Of a stretch of DNA of 64,000 nt, positions 1 through 15,000 are shown piece by piece; the stretch's first letter is position 1, and every line of letters begins with the position of its first letter. The DNA is from Eledone cirrhosa (Eukaryota): contig OZ024740.1 of assembly GCA_964016885.1 (NCBI GenBank), positions 25,854,001 through 25,918,000 of the forward strand, in the 5' to 3' direction. Under the pieces are notes generated by a model. That model worked only from the letters and a program-made list of their open reading frames with translations, did not search any database and had not been told where the DNA came from. The position numbers and the translations under genes are program-made.

Positions 1-3000
1 AGTTACTTCTATTTTAGTTGTAGTTACTTCTATTGTAGATGTAGTTACTTCTATTGTAGTTGTAGTTACTTCAATTGTAGTTGTAGTTACTTCAATTGTA
101 GTTGTTGTTACTTATATTGTCGTTGTATTTACTTCTATTGCAGTTGTAGTTACTTCTATTGTAGTCATAGTTACTTCTATTGAAGCTGTAGTTACTTCTA
201 TTGTAGTTGTAGTTACTTCTATTGCAGTTGTAGTTACTTCTATTGTAGTTATTGTTACTTCTATTGTAGTTGTAGTTACTTCTATTGTAGTTGTTGTTAC
301 TTCTATTGTAGTTGTAGATACTTCTATTGTAGTTGTAGTTACTTCTATTGTAGTTGTAGATATTTCTATTGTAGTTGTAGTTACTTCTAATGTAGTTGTA
401 GTTAGTTCTATTGTAGTTGTAGATACTTCTATTGTAGTTGTAGTTACTTCTATTGTAGATGTAGTTACTTCTATTGTACTTGTAGATACTTCTATGATAG
501 ATGTAGTTACTTCTATTGTAGTTGTAGTTACTTCTATTGTAGATGTAGTTAATACTATTGTAGTTGTAGATACTTCTATTGTAGTTGTAGTTACTTCTAT
601 TGTAACTGTAGTTACTTCTATTGTAGTTGCAGTTACTTCTATTGTAGTTGTAGATACTTCTATTGTAGTTGTAGCTGTAGATACTTCTATCCTAGTTGTA
701 GTTACTTCTATTGTAGTTGTAACTACATCTATTGTAGTTGTAGTTACTTCTATTGTAGTTGTAGTTACTTCTATTGTAGTTGTAGATACTTCTATTGTAG
801 TTGTAGTTACTTCTATTGTAGTTGTAGATACTTCTATTGTAGTAATAGATACTTCTATTGTAGTTGCAGTTACTTCTATTGTAGTTGTAGATATTTCTAT
901 TGTAGTTGTAGATACTTTTATTGTAGTTGTAGTTACTTCTATTTTAGTTGTAGTTACTTCTATTGTAGATGTAGTTACTTCTATTGTAGTTGTAGTTACT
1001 TCAATTGTAGTTGCAGTTACTTCTATTGTAGTTGTAGATACTTCTATTGTAGTTGTAGCTGTAGTTACTTCTATCCTAGTTTTAGTTACTTCTATTGTAG
1101 TTGTAACTACATCTATTGTAGTTGTAGTTACTTCTATTGTAGTTGTAGTTACTTCTATGATAGTTGTAGATACTTCTATTGTAGTTGTAGATACTTCTAT
1201 TGTAGTTGCAGTTACTTCAATTGTAGTTGTAGATACTCCTATTGTAGTTATAGTTGTTGATACTACTATTGTAGGTGTAGATATTCTATTGTAGTTGTAG
1301 TTATAGTTACTTCTATTGTAGTTGTAGATACTTCTATTGTAGTTGTAGATACTTTTATTGTAGTTGTAGTTACTTCTATTGTAGTTGTAGTTACTTCTAT
1401 TGTCGTTATAGTTATTTCTATTGTAGTTGTAGATACTCCTATTGTAGTTGTTGTTAATTCTATTTTAGTTGTAGATACTTCTATTGTAGTTATAGATACT
1501 TCTATTGTAGTTGTAGTTACTTCTAGTGTAGATGTTGTTACTTCTATTGTAGTTGTAGATACTTCTATTGTAGTTGTAGCTGTAGTTACTTCTATCCTAT
1601 TTGTAGTTACTTCTATTGTAGTAGCAGTTACTTCTATTGTATTTGTAGATACTTCTATTGTAGTTGTAGCTGTAGTTACTTCTATCCTTGTTGTAGTTAC
1701 TTCTATCGTAGATGTAGATACTTCTATTTTAGATGTAGTTACATCTTTTGTAGTTGTAGATACTTCTATTTTAGTTGTAGATACTTCTATTGTAGTTGTA
1801 ATTACTTCTATTGTAGTTTTAGTTAATTCTATTGTAGTTCTAGTTACTTCTATTATAGTTGTAGTTACTTCTATTGTAGTTGTAGATATTTCTATTGTAG
1901 TTGTAATTACTTCTATTGTAGTTGTAGTTACTTCTATTGTAGTTGTAGTTACTTCTATTGTAGTTATAGATACTTCTATTGTAGTTGTAGTTGTAGTTAC
2001 TTCTATTGTAGATGTAGTTACTTCTATTGTAGTTATAGTTACTTCTATTGTAGTTGTAATTACTTCTATTGTAGTTGTAGTTACTTCTATTGTAGTTGTA
2101 GATACTTCTATTGTAGTTGTAGTTACTTCTATTGTAGTTGTAGATACTTCTATTGTAGTTGTAGTTACTTCTATTTTAGTTGTAGTTACTTCTATTGTAG
2201 TTGTAGATACTTCTATTGTAGTTGTAGTTACTTCTATTGTAGTTGTAGTTACTTCTATTGTAGTTGTAGTTACTTCTATTGTAGTTGTAGTTACTTCTAT
2301 TGTAGTTGTAGATACTTCTATTGTTGTTGTAATTACTTGTATTGTAGATGTAGTTACTTCTATTGTAGTTGTAGATACTTCTATTGTAGTTGTAATTACT
2401 TCTATTGTAGTTGTAGTTACTTCTATTGTAGTTGTAGTTACTTCTATTGTAGTTGTAGATACTTCTAATGTAGTTGTAACTGTAGTTACTTCTATCCTAG
2501 TTGTAGTTACTTCTATTGTAGTTGTAGATGTAGTTACTTCTATTGTAGATGTAGATACTTCTATTGTAGTTGTAGTTACATCTTTTGTAGTTGTAGTTAC
2601 TTCTATTGTAGTCGTAGATACTTCTATTGTAGTTGTAGATACTTCTATTGTAGTTGTAGTTACTTCTATTGTAGTTGTAGTTACTTCTAATATAGTTGTA
2701 GTTACTTCTATTGTAGTTGTAGATATTTCTATTGTAGTTGTAATTACTTCTATTGTAGTTGTAATTACTTCTATTGTAGTTGTAGTTACTTCTATTGTAG
2801 TTGTAGTTACTTCTATTGTAGTTTTAGTTAATTCTATTGTAGTTGTAGATATTTCTATTGTAGTTGTAATTACTTATATTGTAGTTGTAGTTACTTCTAT
2901 TGTAGTTGTAGATAATTCTATTGTAGTTGTAGTTACTTCTATTGTAGTTGTAGTTACTTCTATTGTAGCTGTAGTTACTTCTATTGTAGATGTAGTTACT

Positions 3001-6000
3001 TCTGTTGTAGTTGTTCATACTTCTATTGTAGCTGTAGATACTTCTATTGTAGTTGTAGTTATTTCTATTGTAGTTGTAGTTACTTCTATTGTAGTTGTAG
3101 ATAATTCTATTGTAGTTGTAGTTACTTCTATTGTAGTTGTAGTTACTTCTATTGTAGCTGTAGTTACTTCTATTGTAGTTGTAGTTACTTCTGTTGTAGT
3201 TGTTCATACTTCTATTGTAGCTGTAGATACTTCTATTGTAGTTGTAGTTACATCTTTTGTAGTTGTAGTTACTTCTATTGTAGTCGTAGATACTTCTATT
3301 GTAGTTGTAGATACTTCTATTGTAGTTGTAGTTACTTCTATTGTAGTTGTAGTTACTTCTAATATAGTTGTAGTTACTTCTATTGTAGTTGTAGATATTT
3401 CTATTGTAGTTGTAATTACTTCTATTGTAGTTGTAATTACTTCTATTGTAGTTGTAGTTACTTCTATTGTAGTTGTAGATACTCCTATTGTAGTTGTAGT
3501 TAATTCTATTTTAGTTGTAGTTTCTTCTATTGTAGTTGTAGTTACTTCTATTGTAGTTGTAGTTACTTCTATTGTAGTTGTAGTTACTTCTATTGTAGTT
3601 GTAGTTACTTCTATTGTAGTTGTAGTTACTTCTATTGTAGTTGTAGTTACTTCTATTGTAGCTGTAGTTTCTTCTATTGTAGTTGTAGATACTTCTGTTG
3701 TAGTTGTGGTTATTCTATTGTAGTTGTAGTTATTCTATTGTAGTTGTAGGTACTTCTATTGTAGTTGTAGTTACTTCTATTGTAGTTGTAGATGCTTCTA
3801 TTGTAGTTGTAGTTATTCCATTGTAGTTGTAGTTATTCTATTGTAGTTGTAGATTCTTCTATTGTAGTTGTAGTTACTTCTATTGTAGTTGTAGATACTT
3901 CTGTTGTAGTTGTAGTTATTCTATTGTAGTTGTAGTTATTCTATTTTAGTTGTAGTTACTTCTATTGTAGTTGTAGTTACTTCTATTGTAGTTGTAGATG
4001 CTTCTATTGTAGTTGTAGTTATTCTATTGTAGATGTAGTTATTCTATTGTAGTTGTAGATTCTTCTATTGTAGTTGTAGTTACTTCTATTGTAGTTGTAG
4101 ATACTTCTGTTGTAGTTGTAGTTATTTCTATTGTAGTTGTAGTTACTTCTATTGTAGATGTAGTTACTTCTATTGTAGTTGTAGTTACTTCTATTATAAT
4201 TGTAGTTACTTATATTGTAGTTGTAGATGTAGTTACTTCTGTTATAATTGTAGTTACCTCTATTGTAGTTGTAGTTACTTCTATTGTATTTGTAGCTGTA
4301 GTTACTTGCATTATAATTGTAGATACTTCTATTGTAGTTGTAGTTACCTATATTTTAGTTGTAGTTACTTCTATCGTAATTGTAGATACTTCTATTGTAG
4401 TTGTAGTTACTTCTACTGTAGTTGTTGTTACTTCTATTGTAAATGTAGTTACTTCTATTGTAGTTGTAGTTACTTCTATTGTAGTTGTAGTTACTTCTAT
4501 TGTAGTTGTAGTTACTTCTATTGTAGTTGTAGATACTTCTATTGTAGTTGTAATTACTTCTCTTGTAGTTATAGTTACTTCTATTGTAGTTGTAGTTACT
4601 TCTATTGTAGTTGTAGTTACTTCTATTGTAGATGTAGTTACTTCTATTTTTAGTTGTAGTTACTTCTATTGTAGTTGTACTTATTTCTATTGTAGTTGTA
4701 GTTACTTCTATTTTACTTGTAGTTACTTCTGTTGTAGTTGTAGTTACTTTATTGTAGTTGTAGATATTTCTATTGTAGTTGTAGTTACTTCTATTGTAGA
4801 TGTAGTTACTTCTATTGTATTTGTAGTTGTAGTTACTTCTATTTTTAGTTGTAGTTACTTCTATTGTAGTTGTAGTTACTTCTATTGTAGTTGTAGTTAC
4901 TTCTATTGTAGTTGTACTTATTTCTATTGTAGTTGTAATTACTTCTGTTGTAGTTGTAGTTACTTCTATTGTAGTTGTAGATATTTCTATTGTAGGTGTA
5001 GTTACTTCTGTTGTAGTTGTAGTTACTTCTATTGTAGTTGTAGATATTTCTATTGTAGTTGTAGTTACTTCTATTGTAGTTGTAGTTACTTCTATTGTAG
5101 TTGTAGATACTTCTATTGTAGTTGTAGTTACTTCTATTTTAGTTGTAGATACTTCTATTATAGTTGTAGTTAATTCTATTGTAGTTGTAGATACTTCTAT
5201 TGTAGTTGTAGTTACTTCTATTGTAGTTGTAGTTACTTCTATTGTAGTTGTAGTTACTTCTATTGTAGTTGTAGATGTAGTTACTTCTATTATAATTGTA
5301 GTTACTTCTATTGTAGTTGTAGTTACTTCTATTGTATTTGTAGCTGTAGTTACTTGTATTATAATTGTAGATACTTCTATTGTATTGTAGGTACTTCTAT
5401 TGTAGGAGTAGATACCTCTATTGTAGTTGTAGAAACATCTATTGTAGTTGTAGTTACTTCTATTGTAGTTGTAGTTACTTCTATTGTAGTTGTAGTTACT
5501 TCTATCGTAGTTGTAGTTACTTCTATCGTAGTTGTAGTTACTTCTATTGTAGCTGTAGATACTTATATTGTAGTTGTAGTTATTTCTATTGTAGCTGTAG
5601 TTACTTCTATTGTAGTTGTAGATACTCCTATTGTAGTTGTAGTTAATTCTATGTTAGTTGTAGTTTCTTCTATTGTAGTTGTAGTTACTTCTATTGTAGT
5701 TGTAGTTACTTCTATTGTAGTTGTAGTTACTTCTATTGTAGTTGTAGTTACTTCTATTGTAGCTGTAGTTTATTCTATTGTAGTTGTAGATACTTCTGTT
5801 GTAGTTGTAGTTATTCTATTGTAGTTGTAGTTATTCTATTGTAGTTGTAGTTTCTTCTATTGTAGTTGTAGTTACTTCTATTGTAGTTGTAGTTACTTCT
5901 ATTGTAGTTGTAGTTACTTCTATTGTAGTTGTAGTTACTTCTATTGTAGCTGTAGTTTCTTCTATTGTAGTTGTAGATACTTCTGTTGTAGTTGTAGCTA

Positions 6001-9000
6001 TTCTATTGTAGTTGTAGTTATTCTATTGTAGTTGTAGTTACTTCTATTGTAGTTGTAGTTACTTCTATTGTAGTTGTAGATGTTTCTATTGTAGTTGTAG
6101 TTACTTCTATTGTAGTTGTAGATACTTCTGTTGTAGTTGTAGTTATTCTATTGTAGTTGTAGTTACTTCTATTATAATTGTAGTTACTTATATTGTAGTT
6201 GTAGATGTAGTTACTTCTATTATAATTGTAGTTACTTCTATTGTAGTTGTAGTTACTTCTATTATAGTTGTAGTTACCTCTTTTGTAGTTGTGGTTACCT
6301 ATATTTTAGTTGTAGTTACTTCTATCGTAATTGTAGATACTTCTATTGTAGTTGTAGATACTTCTATTGTAGTTGTAGATACTTCTATTGTAGTTGTAGT
6401 TACTTCTATTGTAGTTGTAGTTACTTCTATTGTAGTTGTAGTTACTTCTATTGTAGTTGTAGTTACTTCTTTTGTAGTTGTAGTTACTTCTATTGTAGTT
6501 GTAGATACTTCTATTGTAGTTGTAATTACTTCTCTTGTAGTTGTAGTTACTTCTATTGTAGTTGTAGTTACTTCTATTGTAGATGTAGTTACTTCTATTT
6601 TTAGTTGTAGTTACTTCTATTGTAGTTGTACTTATTTCTATTGTAGTTGTAGTTACTTCTATTGTAGTTGTAGTTACTTCTATTGTAGTTGTACTTATTT
6701 CTATTGTAGTTGTACTTATTTCTATTGTAGTTGTAGTTACTTCTATTTTACTTGTAGTTACTTCTGTTGTAGTTGTAGTTACTTCTATTGTATTTGTAGC
6801 TGTAGTTACTTGCATTATAATTGTAGATACTTCTATTGTAGTTGTAGGTACTTCTATTGTAGGTGTAGATACCTCTATTGTAGTTGTAGATACTTCTATT
6901 GTAGTTGTAGTTACTTCTATCGTAGTTGTAGTTACTTATATTGTAGTTGTAGTTACTTCTATTGTAGTTGTAGTTACTTCTATTGTAGATGTAGTTACTT
7001 ATATTGTAGTTGTAGTTACTTCTATTGTAGTTGTAGTTACTTCTATTGTAGTTGTAGTTACTTCTATTGTAGTTGTAGATACTTCTATTGTAGTTGGAAT
7101 TACTTCTCTTGTAGTTGTAGTTACTTCTATTGTAGTTGTAGTTACTTCTATTGTAGTTGTAGTTACATCTTTTGTAGTTGTAGTTACTTCTATTGTAGTC
7201 GTAGTTACTTCTATCATAGTTGTAGTTACTTCTATTGTAGTTGTAGATATTTCTATTGTAGTTGTAATTACTTCTATTGTAGTTGTAATTACTTCTATTG
7301 TAGTTGTAGTTACTTCTATTGTAGTTGTAGTTACTTCTATTGCAGTTGTAGTTACTTCTATTGTAGTTGTAGTTACTTCTGTTGTAGTTGTTCATACTTC
7401 TATTGAAGTTGTAGTTACTTCTATTGTAGTTGTAGTTACTTCTATTGTAGTTGTTCATAATACTACTGTAGTTGTAGTTCCTTCTATTGTAGTTGTTCAT
7501 AATCCTACTGTAGTTGTAGTTATTTCTATTGTAGTTGTAGTTACTTCTATTGTAGTTGTAGATACTTCTATTGTAGTTGTAGGTACTTCTATTGTAGTTG
7601 TTCATACTTCTATTGTAGTTGTAGTTACTTCTATTGTAGTTGTAGTTACTTCTATTGTAGATGTAGTTACTTCTATTGTAGTTGTAGTTACTTCAATTGT
7701 AGTTGTAGATACTTTTATTGTAGTTGTAGTTACTTCTATTGTAGTTGTAGATACTTCTATTGTAGTTGTAGATACTTTTATTGTAGTTGTAGATAATTCT
7801 ATTGTAGTTGTAGATACTTCTATTGTAGTTGTAGTTACTTCTATTGTCGTTATAGTTATTTCTATTGTAGTTGTAGTTACTTCAATTGAAGTTGTTGTTA
7901 ATTCTATTGTAGTTGTAGATACTTCTATTGTAGTTATAGATACTTCTATTGTAGTTGTAGTTACTTCTAGTGTAGATGTTGTTACTTCTATTGTAGTTGT
8001 AGATACTTCCATTGTAGTTGTAGCTGTAGTTACTTCTATCCTATTTGTAGTTACTTCTATTGTAGTAGCAGTTACTTCTATTGTATTTGTAGATACTTCT
8101 ATTGTAGTTGTAGCTGTAGTTACTTCTATCCTTGTTGTAGTTACTTCTATTGTAGATGTAGATACTTCTATTTTAGATGTAGTTACATCTTTTGTAGTTG
8201 TAGATACTTCTATTTTAGTTGTAGATACTTCTATTGTAGTTGTAATTACTTCTATTGTAGTTTTAGTTAATTCTATTGTAGTTCTAGTTACTTCTATTAT
8301 AGTTGTAGTTACTTCTATTGTAGTTGTAGATATTTCTATTGTAGTTGTAATTACTTATATTGTAGTTGTAGTTACTTCTATTGTAGTTGTAGTTACTTCT
8401 ATTGTAGTTGTAGATAATTCTATTGTAGTTGTAGTTACTTCTATTGTAGTTGTAGATAATTCTATTGTAGTTGTAGTTACTTCTATTGTAGTTGTAGTTA
8501 CTTCTATTGTAGTTGTAGTTACTTCTATTGTAGTTGTAGTTACTTCTATCGTAGTTGTAGTTACATCTATTGTAGTTGTAGATACTTCTATTGTAGTTGT
8601 AGTTGTAGTTACTTCTATTGTAGATGTAGTTACTTCTATTGTAGTTATAGTTACTTCTATTGTAGTTGTAGTTACTTCTATTGTAGTTGTAGATACTTCT
8701 ATTGTAGTTGTAGTTACTTCTATTGTAGTTGTAGATACTTCTATTGTAGTTGTAGATACTTCTATTGTAGTTGTAGTTACTTCTATTGTAGTTGTAGTTA
8801 CTTCTATTGTAGTTGTAGATACTTCTATTGTAGTTGTAGTTACTTCTAATATAGTTGTAGTTACTTCTATTGTAGTTGTAGATATTTCTATTGTAGTTGT
8901 AATTACTTCTATTGTAGTTGTAATTACTTCTATTGTAGTTGTAGTTACTTCTATTGTAGTTGTAGTTACTTCTATTGTAGTTGTAGTTACTTCTATTGTA

Positions 9001-12000
9001 GTTTTAGTTAATTCTATTGTAGTTGTAGATATTTCTATTGTAGTTGTAATTACTTATATTGTAGTTGTAGTTACTTCTATTGTAGTTGTAGATAATTCTA
9101 TTGTAGTTGTAGTTACTTCTATTGTAGTTGTAGTTACTTCTATTGTAGCTGTAGTTACTTCTATTGTAGTTGTAGTTACTTCTGTTGTAGTTGTTCATAC
9201 TTCTATTGTAGCTGTAGATACTTCTATTGTAGTTGTAGTTATTTCTATTGTAGCTGTAGTTACTTCTATTGTAGTTGTAGATACTCCTATTGTAGTTGTA
9301 GTTAATTCTATTTTAGTTGTAGTTTCTTCTATTGTAGTTGTAGTTACTTCTATTGTAGTTGTAGTTACTTCTATTGTAGTTGTAGTTACTTCTATTGTAG
9401 TTGTAGTTACTTCTATTGTAGCTGTAGTTTCTTCTATTGTAGTTGTAGATACTTCTGTTGTAGTTGTGGTTATTCTATTGTAGTTGTAGTTATTCTATTG
9501 TAGTTGTAGTTACTTCTATTGTAGTTGTAGTTACTTCTATTGTAGTTGTAGATGCTTCTATTGTAGTTGTAGTTATTCTATTGTAGTTGTAGTTATTCTA
9601 TTCTATTTGTAGATGTAGTTACTTCTATTGTATTTGTAGTTGTAGTTACTTCTATTTTTAGTTGTAGTTACTTCTATTGTAGTTGTAGTTTCTTCTATTG
9701 TAGTTGTAGTTACTTCTATTGTAGTTGTACTTATTTCTATTGTAGTTGTAATTACTTCTGTTGTAGTTGTAGTTACTTCTATTGTAGTTGTAGATATTTC
9801 TATTGTAGGTGTAGTTACTTCTGTTGTAGTTGTAGTTACTTCTATTGTAGATGTAGATATTTCTATTGTAGTTGTAGTTACTTTTATTGTAGTTGTAGTT
9901 ACTTCTATTGTAGTTGTAGTTATTCTATTGTAGTTGTAGTTATTCTATTGTAGTTGTAGATTCTTCTATTGTAGTTGTAGTTACTTCTATTGTAGTTGTA
10001 GATACTTCTGTTGTAGTTGTAGTTATTCTATTGTAGTTGTAGTTATTCTATTTTAGTTGTAGTTACTTCTATTGTAGTTGTAGTTAATTCTATTGTAGTT
10101 GTAGATGCTTCTATTGTAGTTGTAGTTATTCTATTGTAGTTGTAGTTATTCTATTGTAGTTGTAGATTCTTCTATTGTAGTTGTAGTTACTTCTATTGTA
10201 GTTGTAGTTACTTCTATTGTAGATGTAGTTACTTCTATTGTAGTTGTAGTTACTTCTATTATAATTGTAGTTACTTATATTGTAGTTGTAGATGTAGTTA
10301 CTTCTATTATAATTGTAGTTACCTCTATTGTAGTTGTAGTTACTTCTATTGTATTTGTAGCTGTAGTTACTTGCATTATAATTGTAGATACTTCTATTGT
10401 AGTTGTAGGTACTTCTATTGTAGGTGTAGATACCTCTATTGTAGTTGTAGATACTTCTATTGTAGTTGTAGTTACTTCTATTGTAGTTGTAGTTACTTCT
10501 ATCGTAGTTGTAGTTACTTCTATTGTAGTTGTATTTACTTCTATTGTAGTTGTAGTTACTTCTATTGTAGATGTAGTTACTTATATTGTAGTTGTAGTTA
10601 CTTCTATTATAGTTGTAGTTACTTGTTTTGTAGTTGTAGTTACCTATATTTTAGTTGTAGTTACTTCTATCGTAATTGTAGATACTTCTATTGTAGTTTT
10701 AGTTACTTCTATTGTAGTTGTAGATACTTCTATTGTAGTTGTAATTACTTCTCTTGGAGTTGTAGATACTTGTATTGTAGTTGTAATTACTTCTCTTGTA
10801 GTTGTAGTTACTTCTATTGTAGTTGTAGTTACTTCTATTGTAGTTGTAGTTACTTCTATTGTAGTTGTAGTTACTTCTATTGTAGTTGTAATTACTTCTC
10901 TTGTAGTTGTAGTTACTTCTATTGTAGTTGTAGTTACTTCTATTTTAGATGTAGTTACTTCTATTTTTAGTTGTAGTTACTTCTATTGTAGTTGTACTTA
11001 TTTCTATTGTAGTTGTAGTTACTTCTATTGTAGTTGTAGTTACTTCTATTGTAGTTGTACTTATTTCTATTGTAGTTGTACTTATTTCTATTGTAGATGT
11101 AGTTACTTCTATTTTACTTGTAGTTACATCTGTTGTAGTTGTAGTTATTTCTATTGTAGTTGTAGATATTTCTATTGTAGTTGTAGTTACTTCTATTGTA
11201 GATGTAGTTACTTCTATTGTAGATGTAGTTACTTCTATTTTATTTGTAGCTGTAGTTACTTCTATTGTATTTGTAGTTGTAGTTACTTCTATTTTTAGTT
11301 GTAGTTACTTCTATTGTAGTTGTAGTTTCTTCTATTGTAGTTGTAGTTACTTCTATTGTAGTTGTACTTATTTCTATTGTAGTTGTAATTACTTCTGTTG
11401 TAGTTGTAGTTACTTCTATTGTAGTTGTAGATATTTCTATTGTAGGTGTAGTTACTTCTCCTGTAGTTGTAGTTACTTCTATTGTAGTTGTAGATATTTC
11501 TATTGTAGTTGTAGTTACTTTTATTGTAGTTGTAGTTACTTCTATTGTAGTTGTAGATACTTCTATTGTAGTTGTAGTTACTACTATTTTAGTTGTAGAT
11601 ACTTCTATTATAGTTGTAGTTACTTCTATTGTAGTTGTAGATACTTCTATTGTAGTTGTAGTTACTTCTATTGTAGTTGTAGTTACTTCTATTGTAGTTG
11701 TAGTTACTTCTATTGTAGTTGTAGTTACTTCTATTGTAGTTGTAGATGTAGTTACTTCTATTATAATTGTAGTTACTTCTATCGTAGTTGTAGTTACTTC
11801 TATTGTATTTGTAGCTGTAGTTACTTGTATTATAATTGTAGATACTTCTATTGTAGTTGTAGGTACTTCTATTGTAGGTGTAGATACCTCTATTGTAGTT
11901 GTAGATACTTCTATTGTAGTTGTAGTTACTTCTATTGTAGTTGTAGTTACTTCTATTGTAGTTGTAGTTACTTCTATCGTAGTTGTAGTTACTTCTATCG

Positions 12001-15000
12001 TAGTTGTAGTTACTTCTAATGTAGCTGTAGATACTTCTATTGTAGTTGTAGTTATTTCTATTGTAGCTGTAGTTACTTCTATTGTAGTTGTAGATACTCC
12101 TATTGTAGTTGTAGTTAATTCTATTTTAGTTGTAGTTTCTTCTATTGTAGTTGTAGTTACTTCTATTGTAGTTGTAGTTACTTCTATTGTAGTTGTAGTT
12201 ACTTCTATTGTAGTTGCAGTTACTTCTATTGTAGCTGTAGTTTCTTCTATTGTAGTTGTAGATACTTCTGTTGTAGTTGTAGATGCTTCTATTGTAGTTG
12301 TAGTTATTCTATTGTAGTTGTAGTTATTCTATTGTAGTTGTAGATTCTTCTATTGTAGTTGTAGTTACTTCTATTGTAGTTGTAGACATTTCTGTTGTAG
12401 TTGTAGTTATTCTATTGTAGTTGTAGTTATTCTATTGTAGTTGTAGTTACTTCTATTGTAGTTGTAGTTACTTCTATTGTAGTTGTAGATGCTTCTATTG
12501 TAGTTGTAGTTATTCTATTGTAGTTGTAGTTATTCTATTGTAATTGTAGATTCTTCTATTGTAGTTGTAGTTACTTCTATTGTAGTTGTAGTTACTTCTA
12601 TTGTAGATGTAGTTACTTCTATTGTAGTTGTAGTTACTTCTATTATAACTGTAGTTACTTATATTGTAGTTGTAGATGTAGTTACTTCTATTATAATTGT
12701 AGTTACTTCTATTGTAGTTGTAGTTACTTCTATTGTATTTGTAGCTGTAGTTACTTCTATTGTAGATGTAGTTACTTCTATTGTATTTGTAGCTGTAGTT
12801 ACTTCTATTGTATTTGTAGATGTAGTTACTTCTATTGTATTTGTAGTTGTAGTTACTTCTATTTTTAGTTGTAGTTACTTCTATTTTAGTTGTACTTATT
12901 TCTATTGTAGGTGTAGTTACTTCTGTTGTAGTTGTAGTTACTTCTATTGTAGTTGTAGATATTTCTATTGTAGTTGTAGTTACTTCTATTGTAGTTGTAG
13001 TTACTTCTATTGTAGTTGTAGTAACTTCTATTGTATTTGTAGCTGTAGTTACTTCTATTATAATTGTAGATACTTCTATTGTTGTTGTAGGTACTTCTAT
13101 GGTAGCTGTAGATACCTCTATTGTAGTTGTAGATACTTCTATTGTAGTTGTAGTTACTGCTATTTTAGTTGTAGTTACTGCTATTGTAGTTGTAGATACT
13201 TCTATTGTAGTTGTAGATACTTCTATTGTAGTTGTAGTTACTTCTATTGTAGTTGTAGTTACTTCTATTGTAGTTGTAGTTACTTCTATTGTAGTTGTAG
13301 TTACTTCTATTGTAGTTGTAGTTATTTCTATTGTAATTGTAGTTATTTCTATTGTAGTTGTAGTTACTTCTATTGTAGTTGTAGTTATTTCTATTGTAAT
13401 TGTAGTTATTTCTATTATAGTTGTAGATACTTCTATTATAGTTGTAGATACTTCTATTGTAGTTGTGCTTATTTCTATTGTAGTTGTAATTACTTCTGTT
13501 GTAGTTGTAGTAACTTCTAATGTAGTTGTAGATATTTCTATTGTAGTTGTAGTTACTTCTATTGTAGTTGTAGATATTTCTATTGTAGTTGTAGTTACTT
13601 CTATTGTAGTTGTAGTAACTTCTATTGTATTTGTAGCTGTAGTTACTTCTATTATAATTGTAGATACTTCTATTGTTGTTGTAGGTACTTCTATGGTAGC
13701 TGTAGATACCTCTATTGTAGTTGTAGATACTTCTATTGTAGTTGTAGTTACTACTATTGTAGTTGTAGTTACTGCTATTGTAGTTGTAGATACTTCTATT
13801 GTAGTTGTAGATACTTCTATTGTAGTTGTAGTTACTTCTATTGTAGTTGTAGTTACTTCTATTGTAGTTGTAGTTACTTCTATTGTAGTTGTAGTTACTT
13901 CTATTGTAGTTATAGTTATTTCTATTGTAATTGTAGTTATTTCTATTGTAGTTGTAGTTACTTCTATTGTAGTTGTAGTTATTTCTATTGTAATTGTAGT
14001 TATTTCTATTGTAGTTGTAGATACTTCTATTATAGTTGTAGATACTTCTATTGTAGTTGTAGATACTTCTATTGTAGTTGTAGTTACTTCTATTGTAGCT
14101 GTAGATACTTATATTGTAGTTGTAGTTACTTCTATTGTAGTTGTAGTTACATCTGTCGTAGTTGTAGTCATTTCTATTGTAGTTGTAGATACTTCTATTG
14201 TAGTTGTAGTTACTTCTATTGTAGCTATAGATACTTCTATTGTAGTTGTAGTTACTTCGATTGTAGCTGTAGATACTTCTATTGTAGTTGTAGTTATTTC
14301 TATTGTAGCTGTAGTTACTTCTATTGTAGTTGTAGATACTCCTATTGTAGTTGTAGATATTTCTATTGTAGTTGTAGTTACTTTTATTGTAGCTGTAGTT
14401 ACTTCTATTGTAGTTGTAGATACTTCTATTGTAGTTGTAGTTACTACTATTTTAGTTGTAGATACTTCTATTATAGTTGTAGTTACTTCTATTGTAGTTG
14501 TAGATACTTCTATTGTAGTTGTAGTTACTTCTATTGTAGTTGTAGTTACTTCTATTGTAGTTGTAGTTACTTCTATTGTAGTAGTAGATGTAGTTACTTC
14601 TATTATAATTGTAGTTACTTCTATCGTAGTTGTAGTTACTTCTATTGTATTTGTAGCTGTAGTTACTTGTATTATAATTGTAGATACTTCTATTGTAGTT
14701 GTAGGTACTTCTATTGTAGGTGTAGATACCTCTATTGTAGTTGTAGATACTTCTATTGTAGTTGTAGTTACTTCTATTGTAGTTGTAGTTACTTCTATTG
14801 TAGTTGTAGTTACTTCTATCGTAGTTGTAGTTACTTCTATCGTAGTTGTAGTTACTTCTAATGTAGCTGTAGATACTTCTATTGTAGTTGTAGATACTTC
14901 TGTTGTAGTTGTAGATGCTTCTATTGTAGTTGTAGCTATTCTATTGTAGTTGTAGTTATTCTATTGTAGTTGTAGATTCTTCTATTGTAGTTGTAGTTAC

